Source: Lama guanicoe
Lineage: Eukaryota
DNA: 62,000 bases
NCBI GenBank assembly: GCA_013239625.1
Contig: MU053934.1
Span: 11,199,003-11,261,002 of the forward strand
Direction: 5' to 3'
The notes beneath the pieces are model-generated. The model saw nothing but the letters and a program-made list of their open reading frames with translations, made no database searches and was not told the origin of the DNA. Positions 38,343-50,900 of this stretch are shown here, piece by piece. Within the stretch, counting starts at the first letter, position 1; each line of letters starts with the position of its first letter. Made by a program: the position numbers and the translations under genes.

Positions 38343-38712
38343 TAAAAAAATTTTATTGATGTGTAGTTGATTTATAATGTTGGTTTCAGGTGAACAGCAA
38401 AGCAGTTCAGTTCTACACACACATACAAGTATTTCTTTCTTTTCCATTATGTGTTGTTACAGGATATTGAATACAGCTCCCTGTGCGCGACAGCAGGGCC
38501 CTGTGGTCCATCTGCTTCACGCGCAGCAGTGAGTGTGTGCTGATCCCAGACTCCTAGTCCATCCCTCCCCTCCGCCCCGTTCCCATTCGGTAACCAGAGC
38601 TTGTCTTCTATGTCCGTGAGTCTGTTTTTGGTTTGTAAATAGAATTTGTGTCTTTTTTTCAGACTCCACGGAAGAGCGATATCATATATTTGTCTTTCTC
38701 TGTCTGACTTCA
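38343..38712 (-). mobile_element. L1 3' end (cetartiodactyl-type 3' UTR)
   Basis: ttttattgatgtgtagttgatttataatgtt…tttcaggtgaacagcaaag…ttacaggatattgaatacagctccctgtgc…ggtaacca…tatgtccgtgagtctgttt…atatcata…tttgtctttctctgtctgactt. Confidence 0.88.
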
Positions 38713-39299
38713 AGGAAGAGTAACATTTTGATGCAGTACTTTCAAAATCCTCTCGGCAGTCTGCGATCCACGGGTCCTTGCCTGTGTTTGTAGTTAAAGT
38801 GTGGTGGGGGGTCCTGGCTGTCGCCTCTTTGCCCCTCTGCGTCACTGGAGGGGACACGTCGAGGTGACTCAGGTCTGGAAGAGCCGACTGTGTCCAGTGT
38901 CCCCTGGGGGCCACGCGGGTGCGCTTACAGCAGGGACGTGGCACAAGCTATGACCGGGCTTCTCCCCAGGGAGCTGGGGTTCAGGGCAGCCAGCACCCTC
39001 GGGGGTGCAGAGGGCCAGCAGTTCCCACCCCTTGGGCAGACATACGGGCAGGGCAGGGACTGGGGTGTCCTCCTCAAATGTGAATTACCGCTTGGCAGGA
39101 GCTGGGCCACGGCACAGCTTCTGACTTGAAGAACCCCCTTTCTCCTGGTGAGCAGCCTCACCCTGCCCATAAAGTTCAGCTGAGGCGGAATTCCACCCCC
39201 CCACCCCAAGAAGCCCCTCTGCTGTGCGGCCAGCCCCGGGGGGGGGCCTGGCCCCCGCGCCGTGGTCGGGCTCCACCCTGCCTGCCTAGAGCCCCTCCT

Positions 39300-39400
39300 T
39301 CTTTGGGAGGCAGTGTTATTGTCGTCCCCATTTTAGAGATGAGGAAGCTGAGTCTCAGAGGGATGAGCAGGCCAGCCTGGCTCACCCAGATCTGGGGGGT
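39300..39400 (-). mobile_element. MIR SINE fragment
   Basis: tccccattttagagatgaggaagctgagtctcagag is the reverse MIR core. Confidence 0.8.
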
Positions 39401-41421
39401 GAGACCCCAGCTCTCGTGGGCCAGCCGCAGAGCTGCCCTGGGACCACTAAGCCCTGCCCTGCAGCCACAGACCGCCACACACACTGAGAGGCACGGGGTG
39501 GGGGAGGTCCTGGAAGGTGGGGGCACTGCAGGACTTATCAGGGACTTTGTTTAGAATGAAGATGCTTGGGAGTAGGTTACGTGGTGCCAGTCAGCTGTGC
39601 TCTCTCCACAGCGTGTCCATGGCGCCCCCTCCAGCCTCTTACAGGCCAGGAGAGGGGCCAAGCGGCATGTGGAAGCCTTCAAGCCCGTGTGCACAGTGTG
39701 GGGGCAGTGGAGGGACCCCGACTTCCGGAGGCTGGAGCAGGCCTGCGCTTCCTGGGAGGCCACGGGAGGGAGGGGTGTGTGTGTGTGCAGGTGTGATGCC
39801 CGTCAGGGGGCCATGACTTGGGGCTGAACCCCAGCGCAGCCCTGCGCACCAGCTCTGCTCACAGGTCCTCAAAAGAATGCTCCCTGTGCAGAGGGTCTGG
39901 CATCCCCTGTCCCCGGCCTCGGGTCTGGTTCTTTACAGAAGCTGTGGAGACATTTGGTTTCCACAGTCGTGACCCTGGGACCCCATCCCCGGACAAACCG
40001 GGCCAGGAGGACACTCGGCCCTGCCCACCCTACAGGCTTCTCCAGCCTGTGTTTTAAGCTCAGCCTCCTACCTCCACCCCTGGGAGAAGCCGCACCCCAA
40101 GCCTGCGCTGCGTCTCCACAGCCCCAGGAGGAGGCCTCCCCCCGACAATCCAGCTTCATCCCCGGCACCGGCTACTTCCTGCCCCCTTGGCGGGGCGCTG
40201 CCCCAGCTCTCCACCAGCCTGCAGAAGGCTCCCACTTTTCGCGGCTCCGTGTAGGACCCGGAGCTCCGGGAGGTGGGCTCAGTCCTGCGGCCAGAAGATG
40301 GAGCTGGCGGACCTGTGTGCTCCCAGGGGCCGGGCCAGCGGCCTGGGCGGCGGCCAGTTGGGGGTCCTTTCCTCGTTGACCCCCTACCAGGCGACACCCC
40401 TGCTGAGGTCTCCCTCCCTGCCTGCGCCTCTGAGGACTCCACCTTATTGCCTCAGCACTGCCCTCGGGCCCAACCCAGATCCTTCCACCTCTCCACCTGC
40501 CCCCTCCGGTCTCGGTAGACTTTGACGGGGGCCTCAGCCTCAAAACCATCTCCACAGGCAGGGCTCCACACTGTCCCCTCCGGCCTGCTCTCCCCGTCCA
40601 TTCCAGACCCCGCTAACTGCCCCTTCCCATCCCCACTTAGGTACCAGTGGACAGCCCCCAACTTACCCTGAAACCAAACCCTCCGCCACCCCGCCTGCTC
40701 CCAGCAGTCAGCTGCTCCCATCTGCCCGCGATACCTCTTCCTTCTGTAGACCTTTCTGGAAATTTTTCTGAATCATCGCCCACGTCTGACTACTTGCAAG
40801 CGTCTCCCACACTGTATTGTCTGGACTGTTGGTGGCCCAAGTGGCCTCCTGGCTTGCTCCCTAGTGACCCGAGGTCTCGTCTCCTTGGGACGCCCACCCT
40901 GGTGCGTCTGTGCCCAAAGGGGAGACGCTCGGTTCCCAGCACGGCAGCTGCGGGCCCAGGGCGCCGGCCCTGCGTGTCTCATCCCCGAGTTCCTTGCTGC
41001 CATCCAGACACCAGCAGGGAGGCACGTGGGTTTGGCAGGGATGGTGCTGAGCCTGGGACTCCGGACCATGGCCCTTCCTCCCACCTGCCCCGTCCCTGCT
41101 CCCCCACCCCACCAGGCCCCTGGCTCCTGCACGGTCTACGCCTGTCCGGGGGACCGTGTGATTTGAGCATCCCAGTTTGGTCCAGATGCCCTTCTGCTTG
41201 GTAGCCTCTGGGACAGATGGCCGGTGCTGAAGCTGGAGTCTCCCAGGGACACGGGGACCACGGGGCGTGCGCATCCGGCTCCAGGCTTCCTCTGTGAGCA
41301 GGACAGCCCCGCCTCCGCCAACGCCTGCCCTCCTGTCCCGGCTGCGTGTCTGGGCTCCCAGGGAGACCCTGCTGTGGTTCCCAAGGACGAGTCCTGCCTG
41401 TGCCTCGCGATAATTAACTAT

Positions 41422-41580
41422 TCTTTTTTTTAACGTCTGTATTGTGGTATGATTCCTGTACAGTAAACTACACATACTGCAGATGTACAATTTGATGAAT
41501 TTTGATAGATGTCTACACCCACGAAACCACCACCGCAATTAGGAGAGCTAACATTCCATCACTCCCCGAGAGGCGCAGTT
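41422..41580 (-). mobile_element. L1M 3' terminal fragment
   Basis: T-run followed by tattgtggtatgattc…tacagtaaactacacat…tgtacaatttgatgaattttgatagatg…aaaccaccacc…aacattccatcactccc. Confidence 0.8.
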
Positions 41581-41599
41581 TTCAAATTCCCGGTTCACC

Positions 41600-41748
41600 C
41601 CTTCCCAGCCCTTCCCCCAGGAAGCGTTAGTTTGTTCCCTGTGTCTGTGAGTCTGTTTCTGTTTTGTCAATAAGTTGATCTGTGGCCTTTTTTTTTAAAT
41701 TCCCCATATAAATGATATCATATGGCATTTTGCTTTCTCTTTCTGGCA
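41600..41748 (-). mobile_element. L1 3' fragment, same region as in the 38343-38712 copy
   Basis: agtttgttccctgtgtctgtgagtctgtttctgttttgt…attccccatataaatgatatcatatggcatt…tttctctttctggc. Confidence 0.8.
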
Positions 41749-42829
41749 AATTATTCTCGTTGATCTGGGCCCTGGGTCCCCCAGAGTGCCCTGCAGATGC
41801 AGGCTGTCCGTGCGAAGCGCGCTGGTCACTTTCCAGCAGTCCCACGGCCCTTGCTTGGATCCAGGTGAGGGTGGGGCTGCCCCCCAGGCCTGTTCCCCTC
41901 GCTCGGGCCCAGGAAGAGACAGAATCCCAGCCCAGTGTCCTGGCCTTCCCAGGGCGTCTCTGGCCTCCGAGGCTGCGCAGGACTTGCCCCGGGTCCCGAT
42001 CCCCAGCCTCTTCCCTTGTGGTTTCCTGAGCCCGACGTCTCTGTGCAGCTGCAGTTTCCTCGTCCGGCGCTCACCAGCAGGCTACTTCTGTCTGCGAGTC
42101 CCGGACTCGCGGCCTCTGAGCCCTAAGCCTGCCAGCGGGGTCCCTGCCTGCTGCGTCTCCCCGTCCTCCTCCCTCCCGGGAGGACGCTGATCCCGCTTCA
42201 CTCCGGGGGCCATGCCTCTGCCCACCAGCCGGGGCCAGCACACCCACCCCATCTGCCACCGTGGCCTGCGGTGGGCAGAGCGTGTGTTCACATTTATTTT
42301 TTAAAAGCAGCTGTGGCTGTCTATTTTTATTTGTCTCTCTCTCTTTATACACACACACGCACACACGCACACACGCACGACTTGCTCATTCTTTCCAACG
42401 AGTGCAAACTCTTCTATCACGTGGACTTCACACAGTTTATTTACATTATTTTTTATGATACCAGGTTTCCTCAAATCACAGAGCTGACGTGACCCACATG
42501 TTAAAAAATATTCAAAGAACAAATGAAGGTTCCAAATGAAAGCAAGATGCTGCCCCCATCTGCCCTGACTGTCCCACCAGAGACAGAGTCTGGTCCTTCC
42601 TGCTGTAACTTTTATTTTCTTGCTCTTCACCCAGCGCTGTGGCTGTAAGGGCCAACCTAGACGCTGACTCCTTGCCTCGCCACCTCGGGTCCGCCCGGTC
42701 AGGGCCTCGCCTCCCCTCACGCTGCACAGGAGCAGAGCAGAAGGCCTACTCTCTCCTTCAGCACCAGGCCTTCCCTCGAGCCATAGAAACAAAAAAGTCA
42801 TCAGAGTTTAAGAATTTAGGTTTATCTTT

Positions 42830-43870
42830 CTACTACAAACATTCTGAGCTTTTTCTCCTTGTGGGTTTTAAAACTTATTTAAAAAAATCCAGTGGCATTT
42901 GCAATATTACTCTGTAAGTATTGCTCAGCCCAGGTACCAGATTCGTGCCCAGGATGATGGAGAAAGAGACTGAACATTCTGTCGTGAAGGTTTTACCAGT
43001 TGAGGGAGATTCTTCCACGTGTGAGGGCCTAATGCAATTCTGAAGCACACGCTTTACACCAGATTTCACTTCTAGAGATGCGAGATGCTAGAGTTCCCTT
43101 TATCCCATGTCCCCACACCCGATTCCTTGATTCCTTTCTCTGCTGGCATGTCACTGTAGGTCAACTTTTTGTCCGGGCCACGTGAGCAAGAAGCTGCACT
43201 CCTGTGAGCCTTTAAATGGGAAACCGAGCCGATAGTTTAGCTGGGTGTGAAGTTCTAGCTGCTCCTGAGAACTGGACGACCTGCTCCCGTGTCTCCCAGA
43301 GGCCATGCTGCTGATGGAGACCCTGCCTGTTTCGGATGCCACGGAACATACCTTATTTGCTCTTTGTATTCTGTTGGCTTCTCAGGATTCCTTGCATTTC
43401 TTGGGTCTCGGTCTGCCTGTTAGACCCGTGTTGAGTCTGGGGGCTGCCGTCTGAGCGAGTGTGTCGTCTGAGTTTTCCCCTCTGTGTTGCCTTTTTCCTT
43501 CTCCTTTAGAACTTTGCGCAGACTGGAGCTCAGCACTGTGACTCACCCCGTGGGTTCCAGTGTTTTCCTGCGCTCTTGTCTCCCTCTCCAGTTGCTGTCC
43601 GTTCTGGGAAGCATCCTTCACTGAAAACCACACCCTGGTGTCAGCCGTGCCCTCTTCACGACGCTGCCCGTCCCCCGAGCCTCGAGTGGGCTAGTCCTGC
43701 TGACCCCTACGACCTCCTGCTTGCTCTCTTGCCTCCTTTTTCTCGTGGTCCCTTATTTTCTTTTGCGGGTGCTGCTCCTCTCAAATCTCTTCGAGGACTG
43801 TGCTACTTGGAAATATTATTATTTTGCTTTTCCCTGAGTCATTTCTGATTCCTGCCCCTTAGGAGGTGAA
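42830..43870 (-). mobile_element. Probable highly degraded old L1 segment
   Basis: T-rich + strand with L1M-like texture; no diagnostic motif recognised with certainty. Confidence 0.35.
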
Positions 43871-44289
43871 TGTCAGAGCACCCACTTCCTGGGTCTTCCT
43901 TCCTTTGCTGCAAATCCCCCATGGCCTTGCCCGCCGGGTCCTCTCTGTAAGGTGATAAAGGTAGAGGTGAGGACAGGAACTGGTCGGTGTGAGTCGCCTT
44001 GTCCTGGGTAGCCCTGCAGACCCTTGCTTCCCTGGGAGAGCTGAGCACAGGCTCTCTGGGAGTAGGAGGGTGTGTGGACAGATGGACGCGCCTGGAAGAG
44101 GCAGGGCAGCCAGTGAGCAAGCAGGGCTCCAGGCCGGCCTGATGCTGCGTGTCTGTATCCGGGGGACGTCCGTGCCCCTCCCTCCCAGGTGTGGGCCTCG
44201 CTCTGACCTGGCCCTGCTTGCTATGGGTGGCCCGTGACCTCCGCTCGGCTCCGCCTCTCTCTCCTGCTCCCACTTGCTCAGGCCTGGTT

Positions 44290-44695
44290 TTTTAGCAACC
44301 TGGTGATGCCTGTGAACCCCTTCCCCAAACAACATAAAAATGTATGCTTACCAAGAAAACCGATTCTTCTGAAATGCAGTTCTATCAAATGTTGGGAAAT
44401 CTATTTTGATAAAATAATAATGTTTGCTTCTTTATTAAAACATTGCATAAAAATAATCTGGCAGTGGGGCAACCATCATGTGAAGTAAGGCTGCTATTTC
44501 AAGATGTGCACAAGCGCTGTGATGGGAGTAAAGGCTCCTGCAATTTCTGTCAGTGACAGAAATCACAGTTACACCTGAGCTCTCGGGCTTACTGCCTCCT
44601 CGCCTCATTGAAGGTAATGGTCAAATTTCGGTTAGAGACGCATTAAGCAAAACGCACCAGCTCCCCGTCCTGTCCAGTCCCTCCGGCACTCTGGG
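44290..44695 (+). mobile_element. hAT-Charlie DNA transposon remnant (MER119-like)
   Basis: ctggtgatgcctgtgaaccccttc…tgcttctttattaa…atttctgtcagtgacagaaatcacag…attgaaggtaatggtcaaatttcggttagag is collinear with the recalled MER119 consensus. Confidence 0.7.
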
Positions 44696-46990
44696 GATGC
44701 TCCCTGGGCAGAAACCTCTCTCCCTTTGGGTAGCGTCCTTCTGGCTCTCGCCTGAGCCAGCCTCGCCTGACAGCTGCTCTCTTCCAGGAATAACCACCCG
44801 TGGGGACCTGGCCTGTGCCCCCAGGAGGCGCTGCCTCCTCCTTTGGGTCACAGGTGCTGGTTCCAGAGAACCTGGACACGACCCTGGCTCCAGCTCCTTC
44901 TCCTCCCTCCCGAGCTGGCCACAGGACGCCTGCCCTTCATGGGCTGCAGGCTGTCCTCGCTCTTGGTCCCCGACACTGTTAGGGTTTTATTGTTTTTTAT
45001 AGCATCTCCAATCAGACCCTGGCTGTCCCTTCCCAAGGTGCATGTGGTACTCACGCTACCATCTTTAACTCACTTCCCAGTGGCACCCTGGGCCTCCGTG
45101 GCATGCACTGTTAACCGACTCTTAGGGCCACCTGCCCCAGGGTCCCTCAGTTGTCACCTGGTGCCTCTTCTCAGGCCATAATCAATGCCATAGGCGTTTA
45201 CTTGTAGAAGGTCCTGGAGCCGGGAGGGGGAGGCTCTGGTCCCCACAGTGCAGCACAGGCCCTCTTGTTGCATTTGTTGAAAATAAATTTACACCGTGTT
45301 TCTCTTTATACACTTTCTTTTCTTAATTCTCTTTGCAGAAGGATCCTCCAAATGGTTAGTTTATAAAAGTTCCTCTGGTGAATTTAGAATACTTTCAGTT
45401 TTCAAAATTTCAAGGACTATGCACCTGATTGGGGCGCCCCCCTTGTTTCCTGCCTGAGGTCCCTTTGGGGGCCGGGGTGTGTGTGTGTGTAGTCAGCACC
45501 TTCTGGGTAGAGAGCTCTGCTCCCAGTAAGGCCTGAAGGCCAATGACCTTGGCAGAGGTCAGGCCCTGCAGGCCACGGAGGGCGGCTCCCCAGAGGCTGC
45601 TGTAGGTGGGGCTTCAATGGAGAGTGCCTGGGGGGTGAAGCGCAAGGGGAGGTGGAGGCTGTTACAGGAAATGAGGTTCAGAGGGGCTGCCTGAGAGGAG
45701 AGAGAGTCCCCGCGGGCAGCACGTGAGACTGTGGCCACTTCTTCAGGGGCGGGCTGGGACCCGGCGTTCGTGTCTCGTGGACGCTGCCCAGGGAGGGGCC
45801 TGGGAGTGATGCAGCCAGAGTGGGGGGCTGCTTCTCAGGCGGCCTCCCCTCTGACCAGGACTGGCACAGCACCCGCCGGCCAGGAGGGCAGTGGCGCGCT
45901 TGCTTCTGGTCCTAATTGACATGGTGTCAGTGTCAAAGCCTCTGAGGGCCTCAGTTTCCCCAGGTGTATGTGGTGAACTTGACCTGTCTGACCTCTATGG
46001 GCCCCTCCATAAATGTCTGTGCAGGAAGGAAGCAGTTTTCTTTTGAACCCCTGAGCGGGGCTGCCCAGGCCTGACACACTCCCCAGAGCCTCTGGGGATG
46101 GGGCACCTCCCTTGTCCTCCACCCACCCACACAGTCAGAGGGCACAGGTTTGGGTAGAGGCCCCCTCCCTCAACCCCAGCCAAAGCTCTTTGCTGAGCAT
46201 TTAAATTGAATTTGAAATTCAATTCAGGGAAAAAATGCCTTGAGGCTTAGATACTGGCCTCTGGGCCAACTCTTAACAGGACACAGATGCCCCAGCTTAG
46301 GGCTAGAGATGGTGAGGAAAATCGGCTGGAAACAAACCCTAGCCTTTCCCAGAGGCAGGAGGAGGCCGGGACAGGAAGGTGCCCGCTGCTGCATCTGGAG
46401 CAGTCCCTGCGCATCGACTGCGCCCGCGCGCTCCAGTGCAGGCGGCCGGCCTGGACCATGGTACCGATAAGGGCCTGGATGCGGGGTGTTTCCAGGATGA
46501 GGTGCGGTTTTTCAGAACCCGCTGTGGGTCAGTCCTGGGCAGTGGGCCGGATCCCTTCCCCTTCGGGGGCGTGGGGTGCTGGGGGTGTTGGGCGCACGGG
46601 AGGCCACGCGAGCCGGGCTCCGGCCCCCGCCGCGGCCGCCTCTGCAGTGAGGCCCCTGCGCACCTAGGTGGAGCCCGACCCGCGGTTTTCGGCTGGACCG
46701 GCCTCGCCTGACCCGCCGGCGCGCCAGGCGGGGGCGCTGCAGGCTGGCGGGGGTCCCCCGGGTCCCCTCCGCGGCCCAGTGCGCATCGGCGGCTCGGCGG
46801 GCCGGGCGGAGCGCAGACGGCGGCGGGCGCGGGCCGGAGTCCGAGCGCCGCGCTGCCCCTCCCGCCGCCTCCCCAGAAGGGGCCGAGCTGGGCGGGCAGC
46901 GGGCGCGCGCCACGGGCCGGAGCAGCGGCGTCCCGCGGGCGAGGCGCGCATTGTCGCCGGCCCCACCTGTCGGCGCGGCCCCCGCCACCG

Positions 46991-47798
46991 NNNNNNNNNN
47001 NNNNNNNNNNNNNNNNNNNNNNNNNNNNNNNNNNNNNNNNNNNNNNNNNNNNNNNNNNNNNNNNNNNNNNNNNNNNNNNNNNNNNNNNNNNNNNNNNNNN
47101 NNNNNNNNNNNNNNNNNNNNNNNNNNNNNNNNNNNNNNNNNNNNNNNNNNNNNNNNNNNNNNNNNNNNNNNNNNNNNNNNNNNNNNNNNNNNNNNNNNNN
47201 NNNNNNNNNNNNNNNNNNNNNNNNNNNNNNNNNNNNNNNNNNNNNNNNNNNNNNNNNNNNNNNNNNNNNNNNNNNNNNNNNNNNNNNNNNNNNNNNNNNN
47301 NNNNNNNNNNNNNNNNNNNNNNNNNNNNNNNNNNNNNNNNNNNNNNNNNNNNNNNNNNNNNNNNNNNNNNNNNNNNNNNNNNNNNNNNNNNNNNNNNNNN
47401 NNNNNNNNNNNNNNNNNNNNNNNNNNNNNNNNNNNNNNNNNNNNNNNNNNNNNNNNNNNNNNNNNNNNNNNNNNNNNNNNNNNNNNNNNNNNNNNNNNNN
47501 NNNNNNNNNNNNNNNNNNNNNNNNNNNNNNNNNNNNNNNNNNNNNNNNNNNNNNNNNNNNNNNNNNNNNNNNNNNNNNNNNNNNNNNNNNNNNNNNNNNN
47601 NNNNNNNNNNNNNNNNNNNNNNNNNNNNNNNNNNNNNNNNNNNNNNNNNNNNNNNNNNNNNNNNNNNNNNNNNNNNNNNNNNNNNNNNNNNNNNNNNNNN
47701 NNNNNNNNNNNNNNNNNNNNNNNNNNNNNNNNNNNNNNNNNNNNNNNNNNNNNNNNNNNNNNNNNNNNNNNNNNNNNNNNNNNNNNNNNNNNNNNNNN
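46991..47798. other. Assembly gap (808 N) in the CpG island
   Basis: Run of N. Confidence 1.
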
Positions 47799-47834
47799 CG
47801 ACTTGGGGGGCGTCGGCCGAGTGGGCACTCCGCG

Positions 47835-47925
47835 ATGCAGCTCCTGAAGGCGCTCTGGGCACTCGCCGGGGCCGCGCTCTGCTGCTTCCTCGTCCTGGTG
47901 ATCCACGCGCAGTTCCTGAAAGAAG
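47835..47925 (+). CDS. TAFA5: TAFA chemokine-like family member 5, alternative first coding exon (hydrophobic N-terminus of the short isoform); partial CDS
   Basis: ATG at 47835 (G at -3) reads MQLLKALWALAGAALCCFLVLVIHAQFLKE plus the first base of G, matching the recalled N-terminus of TAFA5/FAM19A5 isoform 2. It ends at a phase-1 donor AAG|GTAATT (GT at 47926-47927). The next exon (…QLAAGTCEIV…) is not in the ORF track. Confidence 0.95.
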
Positions 47926-50900
47926 GTAATTGTCCCCGGCGCGGACCGGTCCCCCGCGTCGTTCCCCGCGCCCCCTGCTTCCAGCACGTTCCGCCGCCAC
48001 CGTCGCCGCGCTCGGCCCGGCTCGCCCAGCGCCACTGCGGGGCCCGCGCGCCCGGCTCGGACCCTCCCTGGAGTCTGGCGTCCGGCCCCCGGCGCCGAGC
48101 CCGCCGCCCCGCTCACATCGGGGGTCAGAGGCGGCGCGCGGCGGGGGAGCGGCGGGGTTTGGCGCGGCGGCCTGAGTGCCTCTCGCTCCGCCGGCCCCAG
48201 CCCGCGCCCAGGCTGCTGTGCCGTCCCCTGCCCCGCACGGCTCGTTGGCAGCGGTTCCCGCCCGCTCTCCGCGGGCCTTCGGTAGATGGCACCCGCGCTC
48301 CACGCTGGTCGGCGGGGCCTGGGGGCCGGGCGGCGGGAGCCCAGGGTGAGGCCTGTGGGCCGCACCCCATTCCCCACGCCGCCTTCCGGGCGAGTCCGGG
48401 ACCGCGGGCTCTGGGAGCAGGGACTTGACAGCCAGAGCGCCTGGCCCTGCACCAAGTTCGGCCCCTTGTCCTCCCAGCGTTGCTTGAGCGCGGGCTCTGG
48501 GATTCGGTTCTAGGACTTGCTTGAGTTGCGTGAGTTGATGGTCGGACCCTCGCAGCTGGAGGAATCTGTGGGACCTGTAGCCCGGCACCAAGGGCCCGGG
48601 ACGGGGGCACCAGTCCCCCGGGCACTCCTGGAAAGTACCCCGCTCCAAGGCAGGGCTCTCCTGGAGGCCTGCCCTGGTGCATCCTGGGCTCAGCCTGGCT
48701 GGCCCTTGTGGAACAGCTGAGCTAGGCACCCGCTGCCCAGAGTGTCACCCGCTGCCCGCAGCCGGCTGTGCCCTTGCCCCCAGCGCTGCCTCATGCTCCC
48801 CCTGGCCAGCAGGGAACAAGCCGAGCAGGGAGCTGGCGGGGCGGGTGATGCGGGCAGATCCTCATTAGCTTCAGGCTCTTACAAAGGAAGGGTTTGCAAC
48901 GTTCAGCTGCTTCCCTGCCTAATTAATGAGCTGCCTCTGGCTTCCCGGGGAAGCAGGTAGGTAGGTGTGGGAAGCCAGCCCCGGCCGTCACCTGCTTCGC
49001 TGGCCTGGTGTCCATTTCCCTCCCTGGATTTTGGGTCCAGGCCCTGAAGGGAGACAGGTCAGTCCCAGGGGGGTGCTGCGGGCCTGGCTGGCCCCTTGAG
49101 AGCCTGAGGCGCTCCTGCTGAGCCGGAGGCTGGCCCTCCACAACCTGCTTGCTGACTTGCTTCAGGAGTGGGTGGTTCTCCCAGGGGTCGGGGTCCCCTG
49201 GAGCTGGAAAGCCCCCCGAGGGCTGATCTCGGCTGTCTTCTGCCAGAGGGTCTCAGGACCCACCAGTTAGCCGGGGGTTCCCTCCTGCACAGCTGGGCCT
49301 CCTTTGGCCAGCGTTCCCACCCTTCCCACTGATCTTTCCTTCCTGGGAGATTCGTCTTAAGGGACTCCTGTTAAAGTTCCATTGCTTCTAAGATGGAAAG
49401 GGCCTGGCTGTGTGAGGATTTTCTGGGATGAGGGGAGTCTTCCGTGATTTCAAGGCTGTGCTTCAGTAAGAAAATAAAGCTCTGAAGCCTATGGCTGAAA
49501 TGTTCCCTTCTGCTCACCCAGTGGGAGCTGACCGATCCTGCTGCCTTTGCAGGGCACCACCGTCCTCTCCGGGCCACGCATCTTAAGGATGCGATATGTT
49601 TTGGTCAAAAGAGTTTCTGTCTTTCGGATTTTAAGAATCTGAGTGTGGAGCAGGTGGGTTTTTCGGGGAAGCATCTTGCTCAGAGAGTGTAGTCTTTTCT
49701 GTGGATGGTTACCTGAGAGCCCTGCTCAGAGCCCAGTGTTCACCCTGGGCTGGGCAGGCTCGTCGGCATCCTAGGAGCTGGGGCCGGAATAGGAAGGTGG
49801 GACGGGGTGAGGAGCAGGCACACGCTCTGAAGGGACAGTGTCTTTCAGGCACTCGGGGGAAGTTTGAGCGGCTGCCTGAACAGCCCTCTGGGATTCTGTG
49901 AAGTCCCATCTGTCCACCCGGAGATGTTTGCTTGCTCCACGGGGATGGAATACCCTGTGCTCCGTCTCTCTGGAAGGTCAGAACTGGGGCAGCATCCCCC
50001 TCCTCCCTGAGCCGCCCCTTTCGGCGCATTGGGTTCGGGAGCCCAGGGCAGGCGCTGGGAGGGTGGCGGGCTGACTGGGTGCCGGGGATGCCCTGCCCGA
50101 CCTGGCTGGAGGCTGCAGGCTGCCGGCCACTTCCTTCCAGCGGCGCGCCGGCCAGCGGGAGGGAGGGGAGCGAGGCGGGCGGATGGACAATTGTGACTTG
50201 TTGTCTGCAGATGAGTGGGAAAGAGCTGTTTAAATAGCCATTTCCATGAATCTGGTTTTTTCAGAGGTGAAGAATGGGGGACACAGGGAGCCGTTTTTCC
50301 ACACTTCGTCTTTTGTGCGGAGATACGGGTCACCCCATGGCTAATCCGTCCCCCTCTGGCCAGTCTGCCTTCCAGTGTTTGCGAAGATGAATAGGGCTGT
50401 GAACGGAGAGAGAGGCGTATTGTTGTCCCTAATTGCAGCCTTGGCTGGGCTGGGCTCTGTGAGATGGGTCCTGCCCGCCGCGACAGGCCTGGCCCAGGCA
50501 GCCGGAGGGCAGGGAGAAGGCCCCTGGTCACGGCCACGGCGTGGGGTCTGGGGGCTCAGGGACCTGGGCAGCTCCTTCTCCTGCTGGCCCTCTGGACAGC
50601 CTGACTCTCCTCTGGGAGGCGAGAGTTGTCCTCTGCTTCTGAATTCAGCCTGCACGTGCCCTGCATTTGTGAATTACGGGCAGAGGTGGGGTGGGGGTCT
50701 GGGGACGCTGATTTCAGACACAGCCTCTTGATCAGGGGGACAGAGCGCCGGTGGGGTGGTGCGCTGGGAGAGGGCAGGGGAAGGTCCTCTTTGATCTACC
50801 TAATTTTGCCTGGTCTCGGAACACGGCCTTAAGCAAACGGCCAGAATTATAAAGATCTTCCCCACCGCCCTCTACTAAAGACTCGAAGATGCCTTTCTCC

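Larger units (their letters stand above)
46400..48420. promoter_or_regulatory. TAFA5: CpG island / alternative promoter of TAFA5
   Basis: Very dense CpG and GC-box-like sequence (e.g. gggcgg) on both sides of the gap, surrounding the first coding exon. The TSS is probably inside the gap. Confidence 0.85.

Noticed and set aside
42757..42777. TTCAGCACC, left half of a REST/RE1 site
   Set aside because: The right half GGACAG is absent.
46339..48729. Long ORFs (796, 647, 586 and 298 aa) across the CpG island
   Set aside because: Inflated by the N gap and GC content; only 47835-47925 is real coding sequence.
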